Shown: piece by piece, positions 18,478-30,500 of the stretch
Layout of the letters: every line of letters begins with the position of its first letter
Position numbering within the stretch: the first letter of the stretch is position 1
Sequence record: OR999189.1
DNA: 64,000 nucleotides
DNA from: Enterobacteria phage P922
Strand: one strand, 5' to 3'
Program-made: the position numbers and the translations under genes
The notes under the pieces: model-generated
Seen by the model: the letters and a program-made list of their open reading frames with translations, nothing else
The model's database searches: none
Told to the model about the DNA's origin: nothing

Positions 18478-19133
18478 GCTACTCTCTCAAAATAATAAAA
18501 TACTGTAGGTTGTGTGTGACTATCTAGCGTAACAGTTTGCGCACCTAATAATTGCCAAGTTCCGTACCCAGGTTTAGAAGGAGAAATTATTTCCTGTTTG
18601 AAAGTAATTCCTTTATCAGAGTATTGTTCTAAGATATGTTCTTGATTATCTAAATACTTAACTTGTATTTTATTTCCTATGGTAGGATGGTCTTCAAATG
18701 AATCAATTGCAATAAATTTTGCTACCATTTCCTGTAGAGCTATTCTAACGGCACTGGTAAATTCGATTGAAGTCATTCCATTAGTAGCTTTAACAGGAAT
18801 GCCAAACATGTTAACAATAACTGGGTCACCTGGTTTGGCTGAAGTATCATTGACAGTTCCTTCAAATGACCAGTAGTCTGTTTGCTGCACGCCAGTAGGA
18901 GATACGCCACTTATATTAACTAATACAGCTCCAACCTGTTGCTCTGCCATATTTCTAACATCATTGATAGCAGATTCTACATTTGGGTCATAAAAACCTT
19001 TTGCTATTTGTGAAATTGTTACAGCGCCTACTGGCTGATTATTCATAACCGAAATATCATTTTTCTTAGTTCTAAAACCAAGAAAATCTGCTAAGCGGGA
19101 AATAACTCCCGCTTTATTATTAAGTAAACTCAT
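18474..19133 (-). CDS. 11: baseplate wedge / short tail fiber attachment protein gp11
   Basis: Track start 19151; internal ATG ([20 protein letters not shown]) gives 219 aa, the T4 gp11 length, and an ATGA overlap with gene 10. Confidence 0.8.
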   Translation of the reverse strand: MSLLNNKAGVISRLADFLGFRTKKNDISVMNNQPVGAVTISQIAKGFYDPNVESAINDVRNMAEQQVGAVLVNISGVSPTGVQQTDYWSFEGTVNDTSAKPGDPVIVNMFGIPVKATNGMTSIEFTSAVRIALQEMVAKFIAIDSFEDHPTIGNKIQVKYLDNQEHILEQYSDKGITFKQEIISPSKPGYGTWQLLGAQTVTLDSHTQPTVFYYFERVA

Positions 19134-20938
19134 TATGCAATCCTTATCCAACGGTATACAGTAATAGACGGTTGAATATTACTAATATTAGCAGGAGGAG
19201 TATGTGAAGAGTTTGTTGTTGCGTAATCTTCACGGTATTTTGTATATATAGGACCAGTTTCATCTGGGTCATATTGGCAACCTCCAATAATAACCGATCC
19301 ATTTTCGTCTTCAATTAAAACTCTTTCGTCGGTTTTAGTTGCAGGAAGATTTGCGTTTTCAAGCGTTACTGATGTTGTTCCAACCGTTCCACCGGCAGTA
19401 TGTGAAGGATTTCCACTAGAATCTAAATCATTATTGTTTAAAGCAAAGTTTGGATCCGTAACATCATCATTCCATCCTACTAAAACTTGTCCTTTACCAA
19501 ATAATTTCCATGAACCAAACCCCATATAAGTCACCGGATTATTTGGGTTTATAGCATTTTCATAAATTGAACCTACAGGATAAATGCTATCGAAAATAGA
19601 TGATATTGAATTATACGTTCTAGTATAAGAATCAACTTTTTCAACATTTGGCCAACCGATTTTATCAAAATCCGTTAAGGCTACATCACCAGTAACTTCG
19701 GTAGATGATCCTTTACTAACATAACGGTCATCAGTCAATTCAATGATGTCATCTTTTTCTAAAAGAGTTCCTAAATCATTATTGAACCACGTTATAACGA
19801 TTATATCACCTGATTCAAATTTTCTATCAAATAAAAGACTGGTAGGTTTTCCATCTTCATATTCTATAGAATAATCTGTGTTTGATTCTTTCCATTCACC
19901 ACCAAGAGATATACAACCTTCTTGTGTATCTGAACTAGCGCCTTCACACAAAAACAGAGGATATCCAGCTGTTCCAGCTTGTTGCTGTAAAATTCCATTA
20001 AAACGAACCTCAAGAGAGTTAGGATTAATAGGTTCACCAGGAATTAATCCAAAAGCGGAAAATGGAATTGATTTCATCGTCGATAAATCAGTAACGTAAA
20101 TACTTCCTTCTAATGAAGTCTTTGATGTTAGTTTTGAATCTAGTACTTTTATTTGGCGTCTTGTATATGAACTTCTCCATTGTGATACACCATCCATAAA
20201 TGTTTCAATTTGAACAGTGTCACCAATATTACATGGCTGTCTTAGCCTAATATTAAATCCATCGAGAGGAATTAGTTCTCCTTCATTTTCCCCTGGAGAG
20301 CCAAAGTCACTGTTTTCACTAAATACATCACCGTAATATAATTCGTTACCACGATGTTTTACTCTTATGTTATTAACGTTATAACTAGTTCCACGGAAAA
20401 TATCTAAAAAGTCAGTTTGTCCTTGAACTTCAACTAAAAATTCTTTGCGAGCTACATTACTAATATCTGAACTAATAATTTTATCAATTTGTTTGTTTTT
20501 GACATACTCCCAACGTCCTGGAGCGCAATAAACGAGCTCTAAATCACTAAATTGAATATTAATTTCAACTGACGATGACGACCCTTTAATTGTATCTCCG
20601 GAAGCAGCTACTAAAGTAACTGGATTGATGTTCCATGTAGCGAATACGTCTCTAGCTCTAATTACCTTGTTGTAATCATTAACAGTTCCTTTAGGAAGTT
20701 GTAGAGTTACTCTTCCAGACGAAGTATTAATGGCATATGATTTTCCCCATTCTGCCGTTAGTGTTTGTCCAGATGAAGCATTATAAGTTTTCCAGGCACC
20801 GGCTGAATATGGAACATCTCCATCACCAAGTTCATAATAAAGTTCATCAAAGTTTTCATTTATTTTTATACCACCTTTACGCAGGTAGTCACCGGTACCA
20901 TCATCAACAACATTACCGATATTAATATTTTGTTTCAT
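19133..20938 (-). CDS. 10: baseplate wedge protein gp10
   Basis: 601 aa; T4 length and synteny. Confidence 0.9.
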   Translation of the reverse strand: MKQNINIGNVVDDGTGDYLRKGGIKINENFDELYYELGDGDVPYSAGAWKTYNASSGQTLTAEWGKSYAINTSSGRVTLQLPKGTVNDYNKVIRARDVFATWNINPVTLVAASGDTIKGSSSSVEINIQFSDLELVYCAPGRWEYVKNKQIDKIISSDISNVARKEFLVEVQGQTDFLDIFRGTSYNVNNIRVKHRGNELYYGDVFSENSDFGSPGENEGELIPLDGFNIRLRQPCNIGDTVQIETFMDGVSQWRSSYTRRQIKVLDSKLTSKTSLEGSIYVTDLSTMKSIPFSAFGLIPGEPINPNSLEVRFNGILQQQAGTAGYPLFLCEGASSDTQEGCISLGGEWKESNTDYSIEYEDGKPTSLLFDRKFESGDIIVITWFNNDLGTLLEKDDIIELTDDRYVSKGSSTEVTGDVALTDFDKIGWPNVEKVDSYTRTYNSISSIFDSIYPVGSIYENAINPNNPVTYMGFGSWKLFGKGQVLVGWNDDVTDPNFALNNNDLDSSGNPSHTAGGTVGTTSVTLENANLPATKTDERVLIEDENGSVIIGGCQYDPDETGPIYTKYREDYATTNSSHTPPANISNIQPSITVYRWIRIA

Positions 20939-21804
20939 TATTGAGCCACCCCGATTTTCTGCGTAGCGATAACTTTAACTGCTGCTCTCATACTGACAGT
21001 TGAAGAACTTATAGTCGCTGTTACATAATTTGTTTTAATACTAAATGCAATATTAGCGATTTCGTCTTCTTCGGTTTCATTCCCAACCCGCATGACAGCA
21101 TATTCAGAAGAAATGACCTCTGAATTAACAGTATCTACAAGAATATTTATTTCTGCTGTTTTAATTTTTCTTCCATCTACTGATTGGCATGTAACTAACA
21201 ATTTAGCCATGTTATATTCAGTACGATGAAATAGCGGAATGTCAACTGATCCAGACGTAGAAATATTCCATGTACCTTCGGCCGGTGATTCCTTTTGGCC
21301 AAACATACTTTCAATAGAATAATTCCAAACTGACGTAGAATTATCAGATGAAATACAACGTAAAGTAACTTTACTATATGGGCTAGTTACTACCAAATTA
21401 CCTGAAACGCCTTTAATTGAATCAATAGCTTGAATCGTTAAAGGATTAGTAACTGATATTGATCCATTTGAGTTAATAAATTCAACGCAGTCGCCAAGTT
21501 CGCCTCTTTCAATGATAACTTTAACACCAACAGTAGAGGTATCAATATCATGTCTAGTACCAACTTTCACCGGAGTTGCGTACTCTGTGATAGAATGCTT
21601 TTGATAATATCCAGTAGCATGGATAATTTGGCCGTTAGCACCAGTGCCATTTGCTACTGCCATTTTACGCTGATCGCCAAACGCGTTATAAATTGCGTTA
21701 AAATCACTATTAATTTTATTACCACCGTCGAATAAGATATCACCAGTAGAAGCGTTACCAATTTCGCCGGTATCAATCAATTTCTTTGGTTCTTGAATGA
21801 ACAT
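20938..21804 (-). CDS. 9: baseplate wedge protein gp9 (long tail fiber socket)
   Basis: 288 aa; T4 length and synteny. Confidence 0.9.
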   Translation of the reverse strand: MFIQEPKKLIDTGEIGNASTGDILFDGGNKINSDFNAIYNAFGDQRKMAVANGTGANGQIIHATGYYQKHSITEYATPVKVGTRHDIDTSTVGVKVIIERGELGDCVEFINSNGSISVTNPLTIQAIDSIKGVSGNLVVTSPYSKVTLRCISSDNSTSVWNYSIESMFGQKESPAEGTWNISTSGSVDIPLFHRTEYNMAKLLVTCQSVDGRKIKTAEINILVDTVNSEVISSEYAVMRVGNETEEDEIANIAFSIKTNYVTATISSSTVSMRAAVKVIATQKIGVAQ

Positions 21805-21828
21805 AGCGGTTTCCTTATGAGTTTATAG

Positions 21829-21836
21829 TATTTATA
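21829..21836 (-). promoter_or_regulatory. late promoter (TATAAATA) for gene 9
   Basis: Plus-strand TATTTATA 25 nt upstream of the gene 9 start. Confidence 0.6.
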
Positions 21837-21839
21837 AAG

Positions 21840-21862
21840 AAAAAGGGAGCCCATGGGCTCCC
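21840..21862 (-). terminator. rho-independent terminator downstream of gene 8
   Basis: Palindrome GGGAGCCCATGGGCTCCC with a T-run on the minus strand. Confidence 0.65.
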
Positions 21863-21867
21863 TTAAT

Positions 21868-22872
21868 TTAAAATGTAAACAGAATATTGATTTCTTCTGT
21901 TTGATCCATTGCCATAATAATAGGTGGCCTATTTTCCATATAAATCATTTCGCCCGAATGCCTCATTAAATCTTCCGGATCATAGTAATCCTTTTCAGCT
22001 TTAACGTTTGGGTCGTTTGGATGAACTTTAGCTTCAAGAGGATTCGTGATTATCGATATTTGTCTAAATCCTTTATTTCCTGGCAATGCAGCTTCAGGAA
22101 AATAAACTGAATCTAAGTATGCTTTAAAACGAATAGTATTTGCCTTAACCCGGTAAATTAATCCAAAATCATCTTGCTGCCAGGTGAGGTTATCTTCATA
22201 CCCCCATCTAGTCGGATCTTCTTTTAATTCCTCAGGCCAAGGAACCACGATATATTCATTCGTGCATCTGTTTATAGATACATCAGGCGGAATCTCAAAA
22301 AGATATTCCCATACATACCCGTCTCCAGGTTCGATTGTTCCTTCCGCGTCTCCTCGACCTTCAGGAGGAGTCATTGACCTAACAGAAGGAGTCCATTTTC
22401 CACCTAGCTTAAGGCATTCATCCTTATTAGTTAAAGACTCAATTGAGCACATTCCAGTATCAGGAACATCTAAACAACGATATACTAACCAGCCTGCGCC
22501 TGATTCGGTAGCGTTGTAAGGAGCTGAGTTACACACTACAATATCGTTAATTCTAAATGTGTATGGATCCGGATATCTAGTATCTCCCCAATCTCTACGA
22601 GGAATAACTGCATCAAGCATAGATGGAAGAACCTTTACGGTTCCCATCATATGAGTCCACATGTCAGTTACACCTAACACAGAATCAGTGGGATAAGGTG
22701 GGGCAAATCCCACCTCATTTTCGTTTGATGACCACGGTTCTGATCTTCCAAATGTAATAAAGATAGTGTTTTTATCCGGACCACTTCCAATTGAATTATA
22801 AAAATTCAACATTTTTTCTGTTCTAAATTTTGAAGTAACTATCGCACGATAGATAACACTTGAATCATTCAT
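21868..22872 (-). CDS. 8: baseplate wedge protein gp8
   Basis: 334 aa; T4 length and synteny. Confidence 0.9.
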   Translation of the reverse strand: MNDSSVIYRAIVTSKFRTEKMLNFYNSIGSGPDKNTIFITFGRSEPWSSNENEVGFAPPYPTDSVLGVTDMWTHMMGTVKVLPSMLDAVIPRRDWGDTRYPDPYTFRINDIVVCNSAPYNATESGAGWLVYRCLDVPDTGMCSIESLTNKDECLKLGGKWTPSVRSMTPPEGRGDAEGTIEPGDGYVWEYLFEIPPDVSINRCTNEYIVVPWPEELKEDPTRWGYEDNLTWQQDDFGLIYRVKANTIRFKAYLDSVYFPEAALPGNKGFRQISIITNPLEAKVHPNDPNVKAEKDYYDPEDLMRHSGEMIYMENRPPIIMAMDQTEEINILFTF

Positions 22873-25800
22873 CTATTTTAACCTGTGTTGGATTTTCAGG
22901 GTCTCTTGGATTTCCTATATTATCTTTTAGACGTTTATTAACTAAATCCCTAAACTGTGCAAATGTTGTTCCAGATGCGTCAAATAGAGGACTCATTAAC
23001 TTGCGTCGTTCAGAAGGCAATTGACCTTGAAATATTGAATTATTATTTTCAGCATTATAGTCATTAGGAAGAGGATATTTTACACCAGCCATTGGGCCAG
23101 GTTCATAAATTGCTTCTCCTGTTACTGAATCATGTTCAATTTCACCAGTTGGAGTTAATTTAGCTACTCTATCAGCATATTCAGTAGGCAATCCAGAATC
23201 CCACTTGTAGTTTTTGTATTTATTAATTATAGTCTCTGTATGTTTAAGAGTTAAACCGACATTAATAAACATTGTTAAAAGAGTAATTGCTATAAATCCA
23301 AATCCTACTGGATGAACAAAACGAATAACGTCAGATTTCCAGCGAGAAGAAGGTAAATTGGATTTAATTTTCATTACATAATATGATCGGCTTCTATTAA
23401 TATAGTCTATATTATTTTGAAGCAAATCCTTTCCTTTAACACCACGAATAATTTCGCCTTCAAAACTAGGGAGTCTTTCTGCTTTAACTTCTTGACCGGC
23501 AATTAATCTTCCCAAAAGATTATGAATAGTTACAGTCCATTGCAATTTACCGTTAGAATAACTTCTTTCTATATAAGTAACATTACATCTTCCTGTAGCT
23601 GTATAAATCGTTTGTCCTACTAAGTCTTCAGTCAAAGAATCAGATTGAATGATTATATCATATTCAGTACCAGCCCCAGATTCAATTTCAATTTCAACTT
23701 CTTCATTATAAAGAACTTTAAAAAGAAATTTGTATGATGCTTCAATTCCTTTAGTAGAATAAAAATCATAGCTACGTGATTCAAAAAATCTTGCAACAGC
23801 ATCACGTTTATCAGCATTTAAATAAATGTTTCTTTTATATATCTCTGACCACAAATATTCCCATGCATGCTCTTCTCGTGGATATTTGTTACGAATTAAA
23901 TTTCGTAAATTGTTATACTGAGTTCCATATCCATCAGAAAGATATTGAATATATGCTTCGCAAAATGCCTCAAAATTCGAATCTTGTAGTAAATAAGAAT
24001 CAGGCATCATTGTGCCAATCAATGGTCTTAAATCAGGGTCAGCTAATCCATGCTCTTCTTCTGGTGACCAAGGAGTTTCACGCTCTTGGTTTTGTAAAAA
24101 TGCTTTTAAAAATATTCCAGTTGGCTTCCAAATTATTTCAACCGTGTCTCTCACTCGATAGTTAAAATCATAGTAAGAAATTATTTCACCAGAAGATTTA
24201 TAAAAAAGCATCCCAGACGCATATTTTTTAAATCCCGTGAATTTAACATTTGGCATTACTATCGTACAATCACCATCATCCCAGTATTCATGAACTAATC
24301 TATCTGGCGATGTTTCCGGAATATTTTCTATAACTTTAGTGTATTTTAAATCAGCATAAACTACTACAGCTCTGTCAGAGTTGTTTATCCAACAACGTGT
24401 GTTAGATTTTTTAGACCAGTTAAAGAATGGTTCTGCATAATATTTCATCGGTTGAGGCGTAAAAGTTTCCCAATCAGATTTTTCATCTGCTATAAATGCC
24501 ATCATATGATAATGCTTATCGGCTAGCCATTCACGAGGAAATTCATATTTAACAGCACCGATTAACTGATATTTCGCTGCAGTTTCAGGGTCATTAACAA
24601 TGTTATCACTTAAAAATTTAAAATTACTCGAAGATAGAGAAACTAATTTACCGTCAGTTGACATATTCGCATATCCAGGTTGAATACGTCTTCTTTCTTC
24701 TTCAGTGTTGCCAAAAACTCTTTTCCATGTTTTCGTTTCATGATTTAAAATATATATTCCTTTATCAGCAGAGTCAATTATTTTTGATGTTCTAGGATTA
24801 GCATTTAATGTTTCAACTTCACCAATAATAAGAGCAAAAACTTTATCACCGATAGAATCCATTTTATAGCATACTGCTTTAGGATTTCCGGTTATAGTCA
24901 TTGTATCAGGTTCAAAAAGTCTTTCCGAATATGTTGGAGATAATGGATCAGAATCTATAGGTGCATTACTCGTTTTTATGTATCTAACTTTGTCTCTGGC
25001 GACAACGTAAATGTAATAATCAGTGCAAGTAATAGCTTCAGCTATACGATACACATTTGCAGGTAATGTAGCATAAGTACCAAATATTTCAACATCAAAT
25101 CCCAAATGAAGTTGATCTCCAAGTTTAGCAAATGTTATATCTTGTGAACTAAATCTAACATCATCAGCTGACCATCTAACATCAGTAGATTTGCGGCCAT
25201 AGAAAATCTTGTCGTATCCTAGAACGTATGTTGTGCTCGCAGATTGGTAATATACAGTCTTAGATAAAGGATATCCTACACGGTCATTGAAGAGCTTTAC
25301 AGCTTTCCAAGTTTGTCCTTTATCATTAGATACTTTAACTACAGGTTGATAACGCTCAAAAAGATATAGAATCCCTTCTGATTCCATCAAATAAACTCGA
25401 TTAATATCCTTACATACTTGCTGAATAGAACCTTGTATTTCATGATACTCATTTTCACCAATAATAAAATTACTTATTGATGAAACATCAGCATATGATG
25501 GGCTGAATTGGAATGATTCATTCATCAATGCAGCCATTATAGTATCATTATTAAAATTAACATAGTCAGAATTATTAAGAGTAAATTTTTCCTGAATGAA
25601 TTTATTAGCTAATTGCATTTCAATCATGTTTTGAAATGTATAAGCGTTTGTAGCAAAAGTTTCAAACTCTTCAGTATAAATCCAATCAGACTGCTCAAAA
25701 TCCTGCGCAGCTGTAGCTACTCTAATAATGTACGATGTCAATGGATTAGCATTATCAAAAAAGAAGCTGTTATTTGCAGTATATCCTAAGTTAATCCATC

Positions 25801-25963
25801 GGTATTGATTGCTCGGGAGATTTTCTCCCGAGTTTGTTTTTGTCTCAGCGATTTCTACAAAATAGTAGAAATTAGCACCAACGTCATCCCAGCGTACTTG
25901 CACCTGATTTGCGGATAACTTGGAAATTCTGAGACTAGTGACTGAAGGTGCTTTTACTGTCAT
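22865..25963 (-). CDS. 7: baseplate wedge protein gp7
   Basis: 1032 aa; T4 length and synteny. Confidence 0.9.
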   Translation of the reverse strand: MTVKAPSVTSLRISKLSANQVQVRWDDVGANFYYFVEIAETKTNSGENLPSNQYRWINLGYTANNSFFFDNANPLTSYIIRVATAAQDFEQSDWIYTEEFETFATNAYTFQNMIEMQLANKFIQEKFTLNNSDYVNFNNDTIMAALMNESFQFSPSYADVSSISNFIIGENEYHEIQGSIQQVCKDINRVYLMESEGILYLFERYQPVVKVSNDKGQTWKAVKLFNDRVGYPLSKTVYYQSASTTYVLGYDKIFYGRKSTDVRWSADDVRFSSQDITFAKLGDQLHLGFDVEIFGTYATLPANVYRIAEAITCTDYYIYVVARDKVRYIKTSNAPIDSDPLSPTYSERLFEPDTMTITGNPKAVCYKMDSIGDKVFALIIGEVETLNANPRTSKIIDSADKGIYILNHETKTWKRVFGNTEEERRRIQPGYANMSTDGKLVSLSSSNFKFLSDNIVNDPETAAKYQLIGAVKYEFPREWLADKHYHMMAFIADEKSDWETFTPQPMKYYAEPFFNWSKKSNTRCWINNSDRAVVVYADLKYTKVIENIPETSPDRLVHEYWDDGDCTIVMPNVKFTGFKKYASGMLFYKSSGEIISYYDFNYRVRDTVEIIWKPTGIFLKAFLQNQERETPWSPEEEHGLADPDLRPLIGTMMPDSYLLQDSNFEAFCEAYIQYLSDGYGTQYNNLRNLIRNKYPREEHAWEYLWSEIYKRNIYLNADKRDAVARFFESRSYDFYSTKGIEASYKFLFKVLYNEEVEIEIESGAGTEYDIIIQSDSLTEDLVGQTIYTATGRCNVTYIERSYSNGKLQWTVTIHNLLGRLIAGQEVKAERLPSFEGEIIRGVKGKDLLQNNIDYINRSRSYYVMKIKSNLPSSRWKSDVIRFVHPVGFGFIAITLLTMFINVGLTLKHTETIINKYKNYKWDSGLPTEYADRVAKLTPTGEIEHDSVTGEAIYEPGPMAGVKYPLPNDYNAENNNSIFQGQLPSERRKLMSPLFDASGTTFAQFRDLVNKRLKDNIGNPRDPENPTQVKIDE

Positions 25964-27942
25964 TGTGATATAGGCTCCAAATCGATAGTTAAGTATTGCG
26001 GGCGTAAATCATTTTCAAATACAATCAGTGAACCATCACGTGTGAAAATAACATCGTCTATTGGGTCAGAATATAGTTCAATAGTCTGAACCTCAAATTT
26101 ATCGGATGTTAAATTAATTTTAGCGATATTCCAATAAATCATATCAGCTGGATAATTTATTTCACCGATAACATAGTATTTGTCGCGTCCACTAGAATTT
26201 GCTAATTTATTAAAATCGTTGCCTGTGTATGGACGAATGTTTTTATTTTCTGTAACATCACCAGAAGCAAATGGACCAATAATAACTTTACCAATTCCTT
26301 TAGAATTTCGGTCTGTTGATACTATGCGAACGTCATATAATACATCTTCTTCTAAACCAGTATCAGGATTTACAACCTTTCGTCCAGAATTAAATGAAAA
26401 CGTATTAGATTCCATAGAACGGTCTTTTATTTGATTATTGTATTTAATACCTGCTTCAGGCGTTTTATAGAAGTTTTGTACTTCACGAACAATTTGAATT
26501 GTCGCTGATGAGCCAATGATAGAATGATCTGCATCATCTACATATGTCAACATCTTAGATTTAGCGAAAGATGAGTTAAAAATTTCTACGTCTTCGGTAT
26601 AATAACGATCAATTTTATCAATTATTTGACCTTCGAGCCACTGTTCGGATTCTTGCAGCTTATTTAAAGCATATGTGACTTTTAAATTAGTCTTAATAAA
26701 AAGGTAATTAGGAGAAATAATTGATGGTGTAATAGGAGCTAAATTATAGTCTTTGAGATAATTTTTAATATCTTCACGCTGTACAGTAGTTAAATACAGA
26801 CCTGATTTAGGTTTAGCAGCAATAAATGCATAACCGGGTTTTGTAGAATCAGTGAAAGTTTGAACTGCTTGAATAATAGAACCAAATCTCTCTGAAACGA
26901 ATGTATCATAATCAGTCGCAGTTACGCAGCGTTGTTGGGTTTCGCGTTTAATAGTACCCAATTCGCGAATACGCTCAATATCTTCTGGGTCACCACCGCC
27001 GTCTGCTCCAACGAAATCTGGGTCGTCGTTTGGATTTTCATTAATATTGATGACAGTTATATTTGTTAATGTATCTGCATATGAAAATCCGACTGCGCCA
27101 TTCGCATCTGCACCGTTAGTACTGATGTACTCAATAACAATCGTAGAGTTCTGGGTAGGTTTAAGACCTCCAATATAATTAGCGGTCAATGCTCCTTCTG
27201 CCGCATTAACGGAAATCTCACCTTCACCAAAATAAAATTCAGTATTTCCATCAATAGTTTCACGCATGTAGTAAATTGTTGATGTAGAACCAGCATGAAC
27301 CATTGACTTTCTTGTCCAGTTAATCCATTCTGCTCCATCAACGTATAGTTTAACTTGGTTTCTATCTATATTTTTGTCATAAATGATAATAGGTGTTAAT
27401 TTATCATAAATGATTTCAGTTCTTACTATACGTCCTTGGGCTAATTTTAAACGCGGAAAATATTGGTTATTTTTATCGCGAATAGCAATAACATCTTCAG
27501 TAGATACAAAGTTATAAGGATTAACGGAAGTATCTTTTGCATATGCTAAAAAGCGAGTACCACGAGGAATAGTAATATAATTTCTATTCAATGCGTCTGT
27601 ACAAGTTAGCATAATTTCAGTTTGAGCAGCTGATTTTGAAGTAGGTAAATATCCATTATCTTGTGCAGCTTGAACTACTGAACTACGCAAATTAGCAGTA
27701 CGCATAAAGCTTTCATACAAGGCAGCATTACCAAACTGCTGAATGTACAATGTATTATAAGCCAAAAGGTCACACAGAACGTTTAATCTTGAGCCTTCAA
27801 AATCATAATCCAAAAATTCATTTTGGCCATTAAGCCATTCAATGAGGTTTTGTTTTATTTCAGCAAATGTACCCCCGACGAATATCTCGGGAATAGCATT
27901 TGCTGTTCTTGTTAATTGATAATTTACAGGGGTCTTTGCCAT
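25960..27942 (-). CDS. 6: baseplate wedge protein gp6
   Basis: 660 aa; T4 length and synteny. Confidence 0.9.
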   Translation of the reverse strand: MAKTPVNYQLTRTANAIPEIFVGGTFAEIKQNLIEWLNGQNEFLDYDFEGSRLNVLCDLLAYNTLYIQQFGNAALYESFMRTANLRSSVVQAAQDNGYLPTSKSAAQTEIMLTCTDALNRNYITIPRGTRFLAYAKDTSVNPYNFVSTEDVIAIRDKNNQYFPRLKLAQGRIVRTEIIYDKLTPIIIYDKNIDRNQVKLYVDGAEWINWTRKSMVHAGSTSTIYYMRETIDGNTEFYFGEGEISVNAAEGALTANYIGGLKPTQNSTIVIEYISTNGADANGAVGFSYADTLTNITVININENPNDDPDFVGADGGGDPEDIERIRELGTIKRETQQRCVTATDYDTFVSERFGSIIQAVQTFTDSTKPGYAFIAAKPKSGLYLTTVQREDIKNYLKDYNLAPITPSIISPNYLFIKTNLKVTYALNKLQESEQWLEGQIIDKIDRYYTEDVEIFNSSFAKSKMLTYVDDADHSIIGSSATIQIVREVQNFYKTPEAGIKYNNQIKDRSMESNTFSFNSGRKVVNPDTGLEEDVLYDVRIVSTDRNSKGIGKVIIGPFASGDVTENKNIRPYTGNDFNKLANSSGRDKYYVIGEINYPADMIYWNIAKINLTSDKFEVQTIELYSDPIDDVIFTRDGSLIVFENDLRPQYLTIDLEPISQ

Positions 27943-27950
27943 TTTAAATC

Positions 27951-28244
27951 CTATTTAATGAATACTTTAGATGATGCCTGAGCCACAGTATCACCGCATG
28001 ATATTGGATCAGCCATTTGAACAGCTTTCTTTCCAGTGACATATACCTTAGAAGTTCTAGGTTGTGCCACTCCGCCATGTGTTTCATATGGCTTTTTAAT
28101 TTCTGTATGTTCTGTAATTGGATCACCTGCCACGAGAACAGCAATTCCTCCAGTGAATACTTTACTTTGTGTAGCATTCACAACTGTTGGAGGCCACGCT
28201 TCATGACCAGCAGTAACACACTTATCATAACTTAATCCTGACAT
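27951..28244 (-). CDS. 5.4: PAAR-repeat spike tip protein gp5.4
   Basis: 97 aa, small Gly-rich protein between genes 5 and 6; matches T4 gp5.4 size. Confidence 0.8.
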   Translation of the reverse strand: MSGLSYDKCVTAGHEAWPPTVVNATQSKVFTGGIAVLVAGDPITEHTEIKKPYETHGGVAQPRTSKVYVTGKKAVQMADPISCGDTVAQASSKVFIK

Positions 28245-28801
28245 TATTGCCTCTCATATACGTAGCTTCTTAATTTATTAGCCCAACGACTCCAATTTCC
28301 AACTATAGTTTTTGTGTAATTTTTAACAAGAGTTTTTCTTATTGGAGCAGGAGGATCCGTTGGTTCAGTAGTATCAGAAGATGACCTAGAATTACTACCA
28401 GAACCTCCAGATTCACTTTGTTCTTGATAGTCATATATTAATGTTACTTCGTAAGTGAATGTCTTCTGGAGGTTTTGAGGAGCTTTCCATAGATATAACT
28501 GAGTATTAGAATCAGTTGGAAGGTCTTCCCATGAAGCAGCAGTTTTAAATTCATTATCTAAACGATATTTTAGTGCGTCATTTCCAAATCCAAACACAGA
28601 TTCATACGTTCCATATAAACGATTTTCTTCTACTAAAACCCCAGGAGTTTCTTCGTAACTAGTTATATTTATAGATACTAACGTTTCACCTGTTTCTAAT
28701 TGAGCGGTAAAGGTGACGTCAATAGAAGAACCTTCCATGGATTCTCCTAAATCAGCGCTCATTGGAAGTATATTAGCCAATGTCAATCCTCGATCCATCA
28801 A
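28244..28801 (-). CDS. hypothetical protein (gp5.1 position)
   Basis: 185-aa ORF between gene 5 and 5.4; overlaps the 3' end of gene 5 by about 29 nt. Confidence 0.55.
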   Translation of the reverse strand: MMDRGLTLANILPMSADLGESMEGSSIDVTFTAQLETGETLVSINITSYEETPGVLVEENRLYGTYESVFGFGNDALKYRLDNEFKTAASWEDLPTDSNTQLYLWKAPQNLQKTFTYEVTLIYDYQEQSESGGSGSNSRSSSDTTEPTDPPAPIRKTLVKNYTKTIVGNWSRWANKLRSYVYERQ

Positions 28802-30500
28802 TTGTGTATTGACCAGATGAAATAGAACTCATAGATGCCATTTTTTCTGTCCAATCACCACCAACGTCCCAATCAACTGTCCCAGCAACTTTCCAAGAAA
28901 GATTTCCATTTACTGTATTAGTCTGATTTCCTTCAACTAAAGTGGTAGCATCTCCTTTAACTGTAATGTCAGCATTACCTTCGACTACAATAGTAACATT
29001 ACCTTTAACTAGGATAGTTCCATTACCTTCAACTGTCTTAGTTTCATCGCCACGGACAAATATTGTGTTGCTTCCATCTATTTGGTGAAGACGATTATCC
29101 ATGTTGTAGTAAATTTCTGATCCACCGACGTTAGTCTTTTTATCGCCGGCTACCAAAAAATTACCGTCAGCATTTGTTATATCATACAAATTATCAACAG
29201 TTTTTCTTGTTCTTCTTCCTGACGGTGATACTTCCTCATATGTTCCAGTCGGATGAACTAATCTGTATCGTTCTTGTCCAGGCGTATCATCAAATTCCTG
29301 AATATGACCGCTTTCAGTTTCCATTGTGTGAACATATGGATATTCACCTTTATATGAAGAAACAGGTTCTTTAAATAAAATTCTCGAATCATTCGGAATA
29401 GGAGGGTCAGCTGGATCAGAAGACTTTGCTACAGTAGCAGCCATTGCTGACAAAGACCTAGCTGGTGTTTTCACTTCAATACCATATGATTCCAAATTCC
29501 CTGTAAGAATAATCATGGTAACACGGGATGCACGGCCTTTTGTTTGTTGATACCACAATGAATCACGACCAGCTTTATATGCTTTTTCCCAATCTCCGGC
29601 TAACATAGCTGTTAACATTGTGTTAAATTTAGCTACACCGCCAACACCCATCTGAAATGCCATATTTTCTAATGCCATTTGACGGGAACGATTAACTGCT
29701 TGCCAAACTGGGCCAACTTTAGAATGTGATTTAATGTCACGTTGCATATCAGCCAAATCGCGTTCAAATAAAGTTACCGCTTCTTCCATTGTAATAGAAC
29801 CTGGATTTCCGGTAATTTCACGACCAACTTGTTTTGATAAAACTTTATTAATTTGAGTCATATCACGAACTGGCTGCTTCATGATAAGATGACCAATACC
29901 AATTGTCGGATATCCTTCAGTATCCCAATAAACTTTTAGTCTTAATCCTTCATCGCGGCGAAGCATTTCAGCCATTGACATATTTGGATTATCATCAGTT
30001 GGAATTTCTGATAGCGGTCTATCATCAGGATTTATCGCAGTATCTAGATTGCTATCTTGGATAATATTAGAAGACGAATCATATCCTACTTCTCCGCCTT
30101 GGTTTAATACGTTAGTATCATTTCCTAGACGTCTAGGATACTGTCCAGTTGGGTCAGAAAAGCCTTCAAGTCTATTAGGTTTTTCACGAACTATTCCGCC
30201 ATATGTGCCAAGGACAATTCCGTTAGTTTTCCATTTGTCTAAAAAATGACCATAAACTCTAGTTCCTTCTACTGGACCAGTAACGGAGCCTCCAATTCCA
30301 GACATTGCTGCAGAAGTTATAGGTTGAATAACTGACATCCATGGTAATTTATCGGTTGGAATACCCATTACGTCGCCTTGCGCTCTTTGAGGTGGATGCA
30401 GACCAACCACACGAACACGAACACGACCTAATTTTAATGGGTCCATTCTATCTTCAACAACACCAACAAACCAATTAAGGTTATTACTTATCATTTCCAT
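28773..30500 (-). CDS. 5: baseplate hub + tail lysozyme (cell-puncturing device) gp5
   Basis: 575 aa; central lysozyme motif DTEGYPTIGIGHLI parallels lysozyme e ([14 protein letters not shown]); C-terminal beta-helix repeats (VEGN...VKGD). Confidence 0.95.
   Translation of the reverse strand: MEMISNNLNWFVGVVEDRMDPLKLGRVRVRVVGLHPPQRAQGDVMGIPTDKLPWMSVIQPITSAAMSGIGGSVTGPVEGTRVYGHFLDKWKTNGIVLGTYGGIVREKPNRLEGFSDPTGQYPRRLGNDTNVLNQGGEVGYDSSSNIIQDSNLDTAINPDDRPLSEIPTDDNPNMSMAEMLRRDEGLRLKVYWDTEGYPTIGIGHLIMKQPVRDMTQINKVLSKQVGREITGNPGSITMEEAVTLFERDLADMQRDIKSHSKVGPVWQAVNRSRQMALENMAFQMGVGGVAKFNTMLTAMLAGDWEKAYKAGRDSLWYQQTKGRASRVTMIILTGNLESYGIEVKTPARSLSAMAATVAKSSDPADPPIPNDSRILFKEPVSSYKGEYPYVHTMETESGHIQEFDDTPGQERYRLVHPTGTYEEVSPSGRRTRKTVDNLYDITNADGNFLVAGDKKTNVGGSEIYYNMDNRLHQIDGSNTIFVRGDETKTVEGNGTILVKGNVTIVVEGNADITVKGDATTLVEGNQTNTVNGNLSWKVAGTVDWDVGGDWTEKMASMSSISSGQYTIDGSRIDIG

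Noticed and set aside
27944-28177. 77-aa minus-strand ORF
   Set aside because: It overlaps gene 5.4 (PAAR) in another frame; 5.4 is conserved in size and position, so this one is spurious.
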